From: Nemertoderma westbladi
Lineage: Eukaryota > Animalia > Xenacoelomorpha
DNA length: 64,000 bases
Direction: 5' to 3'
Assembly (NCBI GenBank): GCA_032718475.1
Contig: JAUCBJ010001066.1
Span: 1 to 64,000 of the forward strand
Each line of letters starts with the position of its first letter. The stretch's first letter is position 1. The position numbers and the translations under genes were made by a program. The notes under the pieces are model-generated. The model worked only from the letters and a program-made list of their open reading frames with translations. It made no database searches and was not told the origin of the DNA. Shown piece after piece: positions 13,671 to 24,812 of this stretch.

Positions 13671-13971
13671 AAGTAGGTTTTGGAACAAAGAACCACACAC
13701 GCTTACAAACCCCATGCATTGTCAGCACTTTAATAAATGAGTAAATTGGGATTGAGCTGTAGCTGTGAATGCAAATGTAATTAGAGGCAATATTGTCCTC
13801 GGCACTTGTTTGTTAATGTACAAAGTAGAAGCGTAAATTTATTTATCGAAGAACAGTGACAGTCAACATATATTCTCGTCAAATATTAATTAAACCATTT
13901 CCATTAATTACGGTATTAAACTCTGCATAATACGATTCATATATCAATGGGAATACGATGTTTAGAATTCA

Positions 13972-14120
13972 TAACTATTTACATCATTGTGTGCAAAGTA
14001 GCACTTTGCAGCGTTATGACCCGAGTTTATTTATGTACCGAGCGAGCGCAGCGTGGGAGGTTTACATAAATAAACAAGGGTCTTTAACGCTGAAAAGTGA
14101 CCTTTGCAACCAATGATGTA
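13972..14120. repeat. Long imperfect palindrome/hairpin (dispersed family, copy 1)
   Basis: Arms TACATCATTG...GTTTATTTATGTA and TACATAAATAAAC...CAATGATGTA around a GAGCGAGCGCAGCG loop. Related copy at 22268-22412. Confidence 0.7.
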
Positions 14121-16157
14121 TGTAATTTTGTTATATTATTTCAACTTATCACCGTTCGGTATGTGAAGAAAGGATTTTATGGATACTCATTTATACATTT
14201 TAATCTGTACATATCGAATATAAGTGAAATGGTACACAGTATTAATTATACATTTAAATCTAATTAAAGTTTATTGGAAGTTATCTCATGCATGGATGTG
14301 ATAAATCATTAATCCATCTTGACTATAGTCGACTGAAGCAAACTTAGTCACCGTCTGTGTCCGTTCAGTTTTACTGAACACTGTCGCCATTTTGTTTGCT
14401 CATTTTAGTGTCTTCTATTGGACGTTTCGCCATAATGGATTACAGTACACGTTAAACAATTATTTACATACAGTAGCTAGTCCCGTCACTGCAAACTGGA
14501 TAATAAAGCAGCAATCATTAACATAAATGGAAATAATACATTCTGGAATACGGTAATTGAAATTGCTTCGTCATTGATTACTTTGCAGCGTTCCGTCCTA
14601 TAGGCCGCAACACTGCAAATTAGTACTTTGCAGCGTTACGAGTAATTCACCAGAACGCTGTTAAGTTGACATAATGTAACAAAATGTATATATATATATG
14701 TTCTCAATGGGTCCATTCTTCATTCAATGGGCACCGATTGTTGCATTGTTTGGCGCGATTCCTGATTTTGATCAAATCATTCGCTTCTAACAACATCATC
14801 CCTGTTGCTCAGAAGTGTCAACAATGTAAATACAAAATCAATCTTAATAATAATTATTATACCTATGTTCAAGGTAAATAATAAAAATAGAAATAGAATA
14901 TCAATAAAAATTTAAGAATAATATGATCAAGTAAATAATAATTTATTAGAAAAGACCCTCTTTATTATTATTACAATTATTTATATTTCCTGCTAAATGT
15001 ACACTCCAATTCGTGTTTCAGTCTGCACGGCACGACCATTGAGCATTGCCCACACACATCCCCCATAGTACTTTATTTATATTGTATCTTTTCCACTGAA
15101 TAAGTGCCGACATCGCCTGGGGTTTAAATTTGGTATATTCCCAAAACCCATACGGTTTCAGCACTGGTACCTTATCGCAACTGCTGATCTCTGATTGGTT
15201 CTTAATTCAGGTTGAATTACATTGCCAGTGCTGAGACAGTATGGGGTTCGTAAATATGCTTCCAGGACATGGTTTAATACTGAAACAGATGTGGTACCGT
15301 ACTGATATGGCATTTGACGGTGCCCATGCCCATTCAGCAGATAGCTAAAACCCGCCCTTTATGTTCACTTTAGTTCATGGGGCGAGTGACGTAGTGAGCG
15401 AGCGAAGCAGGGGTACTGTCGTTTCAACCGTGGTCGTGGTCTGTCTGTCGGCTAATGTGGGTAGGCGAATAACTCAGTTAATATTTGGTAAATTTTGTAC
15501 ACATGTCGACAGCTTTATTTTCAAAATGACACACACACCAAATTTTTAAAATTCGATTTTTGGACTAATAGAAATCTACAGGCGCCATTGTGATGTTGTC
15601 AAGCCCGGCGGTTTTCTCATCTTCAATAGTTTTCAAGTTCAATGAGAAAAATTATATTATCACAGACTAATACAGACCGATGCTGTCCGTCAAAAGTATG
15701 AAATATAATTTGCGTGGGTGATTCAGCAGTTCTTCAGTCTCCCGATAGAGGGCGGCTAGGCAGCGGTTGACTATTATTGGTACATGGTACCCGTATGAAA
15801 AGCTTGCTTACTTCGGGGTAAATGGTTAATTTCATAAATATCTTAAAGGGTCACATTTAGTTCTATAAGTTTGTAATTCTTGCACATTAGAAAGTCGCTA
15901 ATATTATAAAAAAAGTAGCTTCCTCCACAATAATGTACAAAAAAGTAATCAATGAAAAATAAAGTGAGGCAGTCATGTACTTAAATGTTGGGACGTTGGG
16001 TAGTAGGCTATATATCAAATTATTTAATCTAATTATGGGTCTGTCTGTATTACACGATATAAATTGCACTAATTTTAAGTTAATTACTGGTATCGAAGTT
16101 AGTTCATACTGTATTACACTCGTTCTCGTTGCTGGTAGTTCTGAGAAATGCCGACAG

Positions 16158-17060
16158 TTAAACAACCGGTTTTATCCTAAGCGTTTGGAACAGCCGACAA
16201 GTTGGTGGTTTACTTAGGTTTGCTGGTTTCTGCGATACAAAGTTCAGTATAGACATGTTATTCTCGTCGGCAACGGTCGCTAATTGGCTGATGGCCGTTC
16301 TAGAACGCTTCCTTTTGGGGCTGCCGATAACGGTATCCTGCCAGACGACGTCCCAACACACTTCCTTAGCGAAATCCTCCACTGTAGACCAACTGAACCG
16401 GACGAAGTTTGGGAAACCGAAACAAACTTGGTAGACCCTTCTGAGCCAGGCCTTGGTCTGTGGATCACTGGGGTAGCCGGAACCCCACTGGGACGGGATG
16501 TCTCCACCCTCGGGAAACCTCCAGGTCTCAACTATTATATCGCGGCTTACCTTCGCGCAGATACTAGCGGCACTGACCACTGGGAACAGCGCGTCTGCCT
16601 TGGAGCGAACGGTCACCCCAAAGGAGGGGAATATACGTTGGAGTTTCTCCTGGTATTTGTCTGCCGGGCCGACAGTGTCCAAGTACACGTGGGTTAGTCT
16701 CACACCGGCGTCGACGAGATGTTCAATGAGACCGATTGCGGTGTCATGCGACAGAGAGTTGAGGTTATATTTGTTTAAGCCGAGCATCCCTTTGGATATG
16801 AGATTGGGATGGAGTATATGGACCCCCCAACCAACTGTATCGCCTTCTATAATGTTATCTTTGAGTAGGGTGCGTCGTTTTGAGTCTGTTAGGGTTTTAC
16901 TGTCGGCAAATCCGGTGGATTTAAGTTCGAAGTCGGCGGCTCTACACCAGGCTATTCCGTAGACCATGGGTCCCAGTACCGGTCCCCGGCCAGCCTCGTC
17001 GATACCAGCCACAACATCTTCGGTTGTCGCCCACTCCTGGATCGATCCGAACAGTCTCAT
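16158..17060 (-). CDS. RNASEH2A: Ribonuclease H2 catalytic subunit A, 300 aa from the ATG at 17060, single coding exon
   Basis: GIDEAGRGPVLGPMVY, ADSK, YLDTVG, KADALFPVVSAASICAKVSRD, WGSGYPSDP and VRFSWST are diagnostic eukaryotic RNase H2A motifs. The ORF track starts at GTG 17096; the in-frame ATG at 17060 gives the typical length. Confidence 0.93.
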   Translation of the reverse strand: MRLFGSIQEWATTEDVVAGIDEAGRGPVLGPMVYGIAWCRAADFELKSTGFADSKTLTDSKRRTLLKDNIIEGDTVGWGVHILHPNLISKGMLGLNKYNLNSLSHDTAIGLIEHLVDAGVRLTHVYLDTVGPADKYQEKLQRIFPSFGVTVRSKADALFPVVSAASICAKVSRDIIVETWRFPEGGDIPSQWGSGYPSDPQTKAWLRRVYQVCFGFPNFVRFSWSTVEDFAKEVCWDVVWQDTVIGSPKRKRSRTAISQLATVADENNMSILNFVSQKPANLSKPPTCRLFQTLRIKPVV

Positions 17061-17892
17061 TTCAGCATTTAACACGCTGCAATCTGTGCAGTGCACTGTC
17101 AGACTGTACGTGTACAGCCGGTAGATTAATGTTATGCTAAATGGTATTCTACGGGTAAATATAATTAGGTAGGTGCATTGGTACAGTCGTATATAGTTAT
17201 ATATTATTCCAACCTAAACAATAAACTGATAAACGAGAGTTAACAGCACTGGCACATATGGCACTATGGCAGTTTAATTCTTGAAGTACACACGTGGTAA
17301 TTAACTGTAGAATAATGCAGATAGGGGGGGGGGGGGGGGGGGGGGGAACTGGACGCAATAAAAATGCATCCCTCTCCAGGGGAAATTAGACGCAAATAAC
17401 AGCTGATTATTCTCAAAAATAAAACTGTAACCTGTTCTATTGTGCTTAGTTTATTGTTTTGGTTAAAATAACGTGCCACTGTAACCTGCTCCTTTCCCTA
17501 AATTGAGAATTTAACATTGATGCGGGGTATTTATTCGCCAAGGCGGCTTTTGCGTTGGGACACTGTCTCGAATGACGATAAAAAGACCGCTGAAATATAA
17601 ACTATAAAATAAAAAAAAACATTTATTTTGAAATAAACCATAGTTTTATTCTAGTAAAACTTCGAACTTGAAGTTCAAATCAAATTCATAATTGCATCAA
17701 TAACGGCAGTAGGCCTAGGAGAACCCTACAGCAGTGCACTGTTGCTGTAGCAAGCACACTGGAACATTGAAATAAATAATGTTTGCCTATTATATACAAA
17801 TTGATAAAATATTTTCTCCACAAAATACATATGTTTTTTTATCAACCATTAAATAAAATACGATTCGAAAAAAATTCGAATATATAAGAAAA

Positions 17893-20336
17893 CTATATAA
17901 GAAACCCCACTTCCCACCGATGCACAGACATCACGGTCAGCTTAGAGAGCAATCCTATCAGGAAGCACCAGAAAATGCATCTATCAATGGAGTACTCCAA
18001 AGAAAATGGTGAATGTAACCCAGAACCTGTTTTTCGAAGTAGTAGGACTCTAAACCTTAACCGCTTTGAGCAGGAACTTAATGAAGACATCGACGCAGCG
18101 ACAGCACACCTAACAGAAACAATAAACTCTGCGTCATGCCCCCCCAATAAAGTCTCAGACCACCACAATAAACCATGGTTCGTGGTTCGATGACGAGTGC
18201 AGGACTTGCAAGCACCAACTACTTGAGATGATGGCCAACCGCCAAAACTCGCCTGCTAACAATGACCTGTACTGGGCGAATAGGAAGAAATATAAAGCCT
18301 TACTGAAAAACAAGAAAATAGCGTATGAGGAAGAAATGCTACTCGAAAACTTAAAACAGGCGGAGATCAAACCTTGGATGATCTTCAAAGAGGGGAAACT
18401 GGCGAAATCAATCCCCATAGAACCAGCAACTCTGAGGACCCACTTCGACAATTTATTGGGTGTAAGACTGGACCCTCCCGGAAGCAGCACCCCACCTTCG
18501 CCATCTGAACTGGAGAAATGTGTTGAAGAGTGGTACAATGAGCCAATCAGAGAACAAGAGGTAAGCGATGCTATACAGAACTCTGCATCAAAGAAAGCCT
18601 GCGGCCCAGATGGAATATTTTACGAACATTTAAAAGCTGCAGGTCCCCTCCTAATTACAATTATAACTCTCCTTTTCAACTTCTGCCTAAAAATGGGCGC
18701 AATCCCACTGTCATAGACATGTAGCATCATCAAGGCTATATACAAGGGGAAAGGGAGCCTGATGGACCCAAATAACTATAGAGGTATCGCTCTTATCTGT
18801 GTTTTCCTAAAATTATTAACCTCCATACTAAACAAACGGGTTCAACGGAACATATCCCACCTGTTCCCAGATGAGCAATATGGATTTATACCAGGGAGAT
18901 CAAATATGCAAGCAATAAGGAAACTCGTCTCAGATATTAACAAAGCCCTTCACTCAAAAGAAGACCGTGTAATGTATGTAGCCTTTGTTGATTTTAAAAA
19001 GGCATTCGACCTAGTGAACCGAGCCTTGCTCCTTGGCAAGATATATAACGATTTCGAAATAAAGGGGGAATTATTCGGCTTCATTAAGGCATTATTAACA
19101 AATACAATAAAAATATCCGACGGTTTCAGCCTATCAAAACCGATCACACAGTTGCGAGGAATTCTGCAAGGAGACTCATTCTCAGCAACTTGCTTCAAAA
19201 TTTTTATTACCAGCCTCGCAACTGCACTCCGTGCAATATCGAGAGCGATACGATTCATATTCTTTGCGGACGATCTAGCCTTTTATTCTTCGAATCCACA
19301 AGTTATCCAACGCGGTCTTGATGTCCTAGAAGAATGGTGTATAAATAATTCAATGGAAGTGAACCTCTCTAAAACAAAAATAATGAAGTTCCGTAAAGGT
19401 AGCCGGCTGTGTATTAACGATAAATTCTACTACGGGGGAAAAGAAGTTCTCATCTGCAATGAATACGAATATCTTGGCATAACCTTGCAACCGACCCTCA
19501 CTTTTACCAAACATGTTAACAAAAGAAAGCGGAAATCTTATGCAGCGATTGGTTGTCTTCGAAATTTAAACAGACTGTCAATATGTACCGCAATGAAGAT
19601 CTTCGCAATGAAAATACAGCCAATGGTATCACATGGTCTTGTAGAGATCGGTTGCTTCTTTACAGTTGCACACATGAAAGAACTGGATAAAATCAAATCA
19701 AAGTTTATTAAAAGGGTGCTCTCCCTACCATCCAACTCATCGACAACCATGGCCATTAAAGCTATAGGAGAAAAAACATTCATTGAAGATCTCCTTATCG
19801 TAAACCCCACGCTATTCAACCCTACAGCATTAGACCAATATCGCTCTTACCGAACCGAACGCACAGAAAACTTCAACCGGCAGGGTTACACAAGGGGCCC
19901 AGCCTTCACAACTTCGAGTTGGAAATCCTCACAGCAGAGAAACCGGCACACTGTCACCAGGGCAACCGCCCATGGGTTTCACTACCTCATCTGCTTGACC
20001 TGCACCCCTTTCCACGAGCTGTCATCGCAATGTATTTGTAAATATTGTAAGAACTCAGCCGTGGACAGATACCACGCTCTCAACTGCGATTGCTGCCCCT
20101 CTCTGACAGAACTGGCCAGCCACCCATATCACTAAAAGAAAATTGGTTCACCACAGCCATGAGACTTTGATATTCGTACTGAATCGTATTTCATTCCAAC
20201 TAATTGTAAAATTTTTTAATTAATTATTAACTTATTGCTCCACCTGTATATAGCTATTTTTAACAATTTTAAAAGAATAAACCTTTTACCCCGTTTAGGG
20301 GTGCACCTTGTTAAAAAAAAAAAAAAAAAAAAAAAA
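17893..20336 (+). mobile_element. 5'-truncated, inactivated non-LTR retrotransposon (LINE) with RT remnant and poly(A) tail
   Basis: Fragments 17975-18193, 18228-18716 and 18762-20135 join into one ORF2. KPWF|DDEC is broken by a 7-bp TGGTTCG duplication, and TAG at 18714 replaces an expected W. RT motifs KKACGPDGI, DPNNYRGIAL, FVDFKKAFD, LQGDSFS and FADD, plus a C-terminal Cys/His knuckle. AATAAA at 20276 and A24 at 20313-20336. The 5' boundary is approximate. Confidence 0.9.
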
Positions 20337-20349
20337 TGCGAAATTTTTT

Positions 20350-20576
20350 TCGTATTTCGTATCGTATCTTGGATTTTTCGTATCGTATGGTATTTTCCCA
20401 AAATTACATTCGTATCGTATGGCATTTTCCCAAAATTACATTCGTATCGTATCGTATAGCGAAAAATTGGTTCGTATCGTATCGTATTTTCGTATCGTAT
20501 CGTATCGTATCGTATCGTATCGTATCGTATCGTATCGTATCGTATCGTATCGTATCGAATCGTATCGTATCGTATC
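20350..20576. repeat. (ATCGT)n pentanucleotide microsatellite with degenerate 5' part
   Basis: Near-perfect CGTAT run at 20491-20575; CGTATCGTAT-containing ~32-bp units upstream. Confidence 0.9.
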
Positions 20577-22267
20577 CTGTCCCTGCTGGTAATCAGTGTA
20601 AACAGAAATAAAACTACTGTATTACACTCAAGGTCTGAAGGTGTAATACACGTTGATGTAGGCGCCTACACTACACTACAGGCACTACACCTTGATTACA
20701 CTGGACCTAATGCTGTAATGTCGCATATATCTCTCTATAATATGGAGAGTTGAGATACGGAAAATACTGCGGCAGGGAATATTATTCCCTACCGCACTAA
20801 TTAATAGACTAGCGTTGCATGCTGTGGTAACTAGGAAGGCTGTCCTGATTAGACCTTCTTTCTTTTTAAACAAACATCGCATTTAAAACAGATTAAACAA
20901 TTTATAATACCCAGTCAATGCAGCGTACTTTTTTTATTGCCAATATTTCTAGTAAAACATTATCTGAATCAAGTTCATATTTTACTAATTTTCTACGGAA
21001 ATTAGATCTTTCACCTTTGTCACTTCAGAAAGTAGACTTTCAGAATAAGAAATGCGAACGTTCCACTTTCTCATGATACCTTTACTGTAGTATAAAACTA
21101 CTTATAAAAACGTGGGAACAATCACACCTTATTAAGAGTTGTTAGCGCATTTGATAAAAAATATGTTCTTTCAATCTCAATTTCATATATTGTGACTCTT
21201 TCTTTGTGACTCTTAATTTTCCGGTCTGATACAATGAACGGGGTGGTGCTAGTATACCTTCAATGAAGGCCGCTCAATGTATCTGTTTATTTCCCCTTTT
21301 TTCCCTTTCATGTATTGATTTGCTTTATATTTCACTTAGTTTAATACGGTATTTGATCGTCTATTATACATATTTACAGTAACTGATATACTATACCGGG
21401 AGGGTGTGGCAACACAGTATAACAAGCAAATGTCTGACTAATTAATCCTGTAAGGACTCAAGTCTGGCGACTGTGTTTCCCTTTAGAGGAAACGTATTGT
21501 AACAAGTCTTTGGTCTAATTATATTGATATAGCTACCGTATTCAATTTGTGATAACTCTCAATCGTGATATAGTTAATAATAAGAGCGTTGCTTACAATA
21601 ATGGTCTGAAATATCGCCATATATTAATTATTTATTGAGTTAGGGGTACGACGGCACACATAAATCTGATGCAATTGTCCAGATTATCACTGATGCTTAA
21701 TTATAGTGACCTACCTGGATGTGGCGCGTGTAAAACTCCCTTGATACCGTAATATCGGTGATATATTAAGCAAATAATAACAACAAATTGAGTTTACCTG
21801 CAGAATATGAAATATAACAATAAGTAAATATAATTCAATTATTAACAATGAATTTAGTTCAAATGTTAGAACTGAGACATTAGACTTAGACATGTAATAA
21901 TAGCCAGTCATCAAAAACCTCACAGGCAATTAAGGATATGGATATGTGTATAATGGCACTAGATGGCGTCAAAACCCGTAGTAAAGCATAATTTAACTGA
22001 AATAGTCGATATTATACCGCAACCAACTTTATCAATAAAAAATTGTGTTTTGAGCTTAAAATTAGTAAAATAAGTAATCCAAAAAGGCCAAGTTCATACT
22101 TGCATCAACAGGAGTGCAGGTAACTACAGTATTTAACCTATGGATATCTTTGGAAGGATTCATTTCAACCGGCGGACGTCCTTTCAACCTAGGTTGTTAA
22201 AGACAGTATCTGACTCCCCAAATCACTGGGGATTCATTCTATTCATTTACACCTTTTCACCGCGTAA

Positions 22268-22412
22268 TAACTATTTACATACTTGTGTGTAAAGTAGCAC
22301 TTTAGAGTGTGATGATCCGAGTGGCTTTGTTACACGAACGAACGTTAGTGAGTGAGTGAAAATAACGCCACGAGGAGCAGAACACTGTAAAGTACTTTGC
22401 CACAAGTATGTA
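22268..22412. repeat. Long imperfect palindrome/hairpin (dispersed family, copy 2)
   Basis: Starts TAACTATTTACAT...TGTGTG.AAAGTAGCACTTT, as at 13972. Arms TACATACTTGTG and CACAAGTATGTA. Confidence 0.65.
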
Positions 22413-23270
22413 TGTACAGTAGTTTTATTCCAAAATTTTAACATTACGAAATTATTGTACATATACATTATAAGTGATAGAAACTGCACAAATTACACCA
22501 TGATCCGTAATAAAGTGTCATTTGCTGATGACACGGCCATCCCCCCCCCCCCAAAAATTTTTCTACAAATCTTTTATCATATTGCTTGAAATTTGAAACA
22601 CAACTAGTTCAACTCACCGTGGTTGTTACCATGAAGCCGGAATTTTCTATTTCGCCTTTAAATTTTTTTATACGCGTTTTAAAAAAGGGTCTAGCGAAAT
22701 CGCACCATCCGTTACAAGGGTTCCAAATATGTAACAATATCTGAATTTCGTTGAGAAATAGCTGAGATATAGGCGTTCAAAGATTGCACGAATTATATTG
22801 TTCGCTGCAGGCCATTTATTCTATTTAATAAATACATATATACATACACATATATACATTTACATAATATACAACAATTTACTGTACAACAATTTTACAA
22901 CAGTTAACTCGATGGCATGGCCTTTAGTACGCCTTGACGGCAGTACGGGTATATCTTTTCGACCTTCACGTAGGCCTACGCGTTGGTCGAAAAGATTTAC
23001 CCGTTAATACTAGCGGCGTTGACTGGTTGAGTAATGTTACAATTTTGGAATATAGTGTATGGCCCCGGGCCCCCTATTCACTAAGGGGTGCGGAATGGAG
23101 TGACCTAGGCCTACATCCTGAGACGTTTACTGCCAGCATTGCTCATTTTCATTTATGTAAAACACAGAAACAGTACCGGTACAAGGCACAAGGCACAAGG
23201 CCTCATTTCACATTTACCGGTAGGCGTATTTGGTTCATATCATTAACAGAATAACCAGATAACGAGAGAA

Positions 23271-23609
23271 ATGGGAGAGGTAACTACCGATAATTTAAAA
23301 TTCCTTCCGTTCTCTAGTTCAATAGAACCGGGGTTTTGGTACAATCTGTCTCAAAAGAAACTCAAAGAATTCAAACTGGACGCGAGTCCTAAACCTATCC
23401 TCGGGCGGTTCAGTATAGGGGAGGGCCACGGCTACCAACCAACTCTCTATGTCGAGTACGACGCATTGAACCCCAAAGAGAGACTCGGTAGTTGTAGCTA
23501 CTCAGTTAACGGGCAGCTTATAAATACCAACACCATCGACGACTTTAAGGCTCTAGACAAAAAACGTATCTTAGATGAGGCCGCTTCAAATATATGGGAA
23601 GTTGTCCGG
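23271..23609 (+). CDS. ATG7: ATG7 (autophagy E1-like enzyme) coding exon 1
   Basis: LKFLPFSSSIEPGFWYNLSQKKLKEFKLD...GQLINTNTIDDFKALDKK matches the ATG7 N-terminal domain. Donor CGG|GTAAGT, phase 0. Confidence 0.9.
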
Positions 23610-24210
23610 GTAAGTTCTGAAGTTTGGCTATTGGTACAGTATTTTAGTTGATTACCTGTTACCGTACTGCTGTAATACTGTAATAGTTTGTTAGGTTTAA
23701 CTTTTGAATTTTTAAATTTGTTTTGATATTGTTACCGGTAGTGGTTTGGTTAATGATAATGCGTCTCAAGTTTATTTACGGCTAGTTATTTGTGGGTTAA
23801 AATAGCGGAGTGGATTGACATCGCATTGAGATTGCAAGTGGTTGAACTGCAACTGGTTACCTTAGCTCTACTAATTGATGAAGCCTGATAGGCAGAAACA
23901 TATGTATAGCCCTGGTTCCCCCGGTGACGTGCTTTTCTCATTTTTTCCATTTTCGAACAAAACCATAATATTACAAGAGAGGGTGCAGGGGTAGCAGGTA
24001 GGCCTATTGCTGTATAGTAAATACATAGTGTGGCAGTTTGGATGTACCTAAATACGTCAACAACTTTATTGGAAATAGTTTAAGCCTATCTCAATTGATA
24101 TTTTGTTTAATTATACACCAAGGAACCTGTGGTCTGTCTGTAGGACACTGCTCAGACCCGCTAATTATCATGCCAAGTCGATTGTTATTTTGACTATATT
24201 ATTCCCTTAG

Positions 24211-24812
24211 GACGGGTCTGCTTTATCCAATCCTAGCCTTCTAAACCAATTGATACTCATAACATTCGCCGACCTAAAGAAATACCACTTCTACTACTGG
24301 TTCTGCTTCCCAGGACTGTGTCTAACTCCTATACGTTTAATCTCTAAAACAACGTTGCGCCAATCATTGTCCCCTGATCAATCATCTACCCTAGTCCGAC
24401 TCTATGACTCATATCGTTCCACCAATAGCAGCGGTTTATTCAGTCTTCGTTTAGACGGAGACACTTTGAACTTATCCGGGTTTCATGAGGACGATATGAA
24501 TAGCGACGTTTGGATTGGATGTCCGGATCCCTCTGTTTCCCCTGACTACCCCGGTTGGCCAGTGAGGAATCTAATTGCGTTGCTAGGTTACCAGATACCC
24601 AAGGGCCAATCGCGTCGCTTTGCGTTGCTGTGTTACCGTTGTCTACGCACCAGTTCGGGCAACGATGTCGGACACAGTTTGCTGCTTAACATAGAGGTTG
24701 ATGGTTACCATGGCGATACCGTGGTCCCGAAATCGGTCGGCTGGGAGAAAAATAGAAAAGGGAAAACCGCGGCCCAGATGGTCAACCTCAGTGCGTCCAT
24801 GGATCCCTTACG
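24211..24812 (+). CDS. ATG7: ATG7 coding exon 2
   Basis: Acceptor CCCTTAG|GAC. Encodes DGSALSNPSLLNQLILITFADLKKYHFYYWF...PGWPVRN...VGWEKN...MVNLSASMDPL. Donor CG|GTTAGT, phase 2. Confidence 0.92.

Noticed and set aside
12689-13744. Repetitive ORFs up to 302 aa (IGTKFAT / LLEQSSQ / VANFVPI)
   Set aside because: By-products of a stop-poor 21-bp minisatellite, open in several frames on both strands.
17061-17096. GTG-initiated N-terminal extension of RNASEH2A; TTG/GTG starts given for ATG7 ORFs at 24250, 28998, 52947 and 57849
   Set aside because: Artefacts of prokaryote-style ORF calling; these are upstream sequence or internal exons with clear splice acceptors.
17324-17346. Poly-G/poly-C tracts (also ~28971, ~56308, ~59894) as G-quadruplex regulatory elements
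   Set aside because: Simple homopolymers with no further support; their length is unreliable in assemblies.
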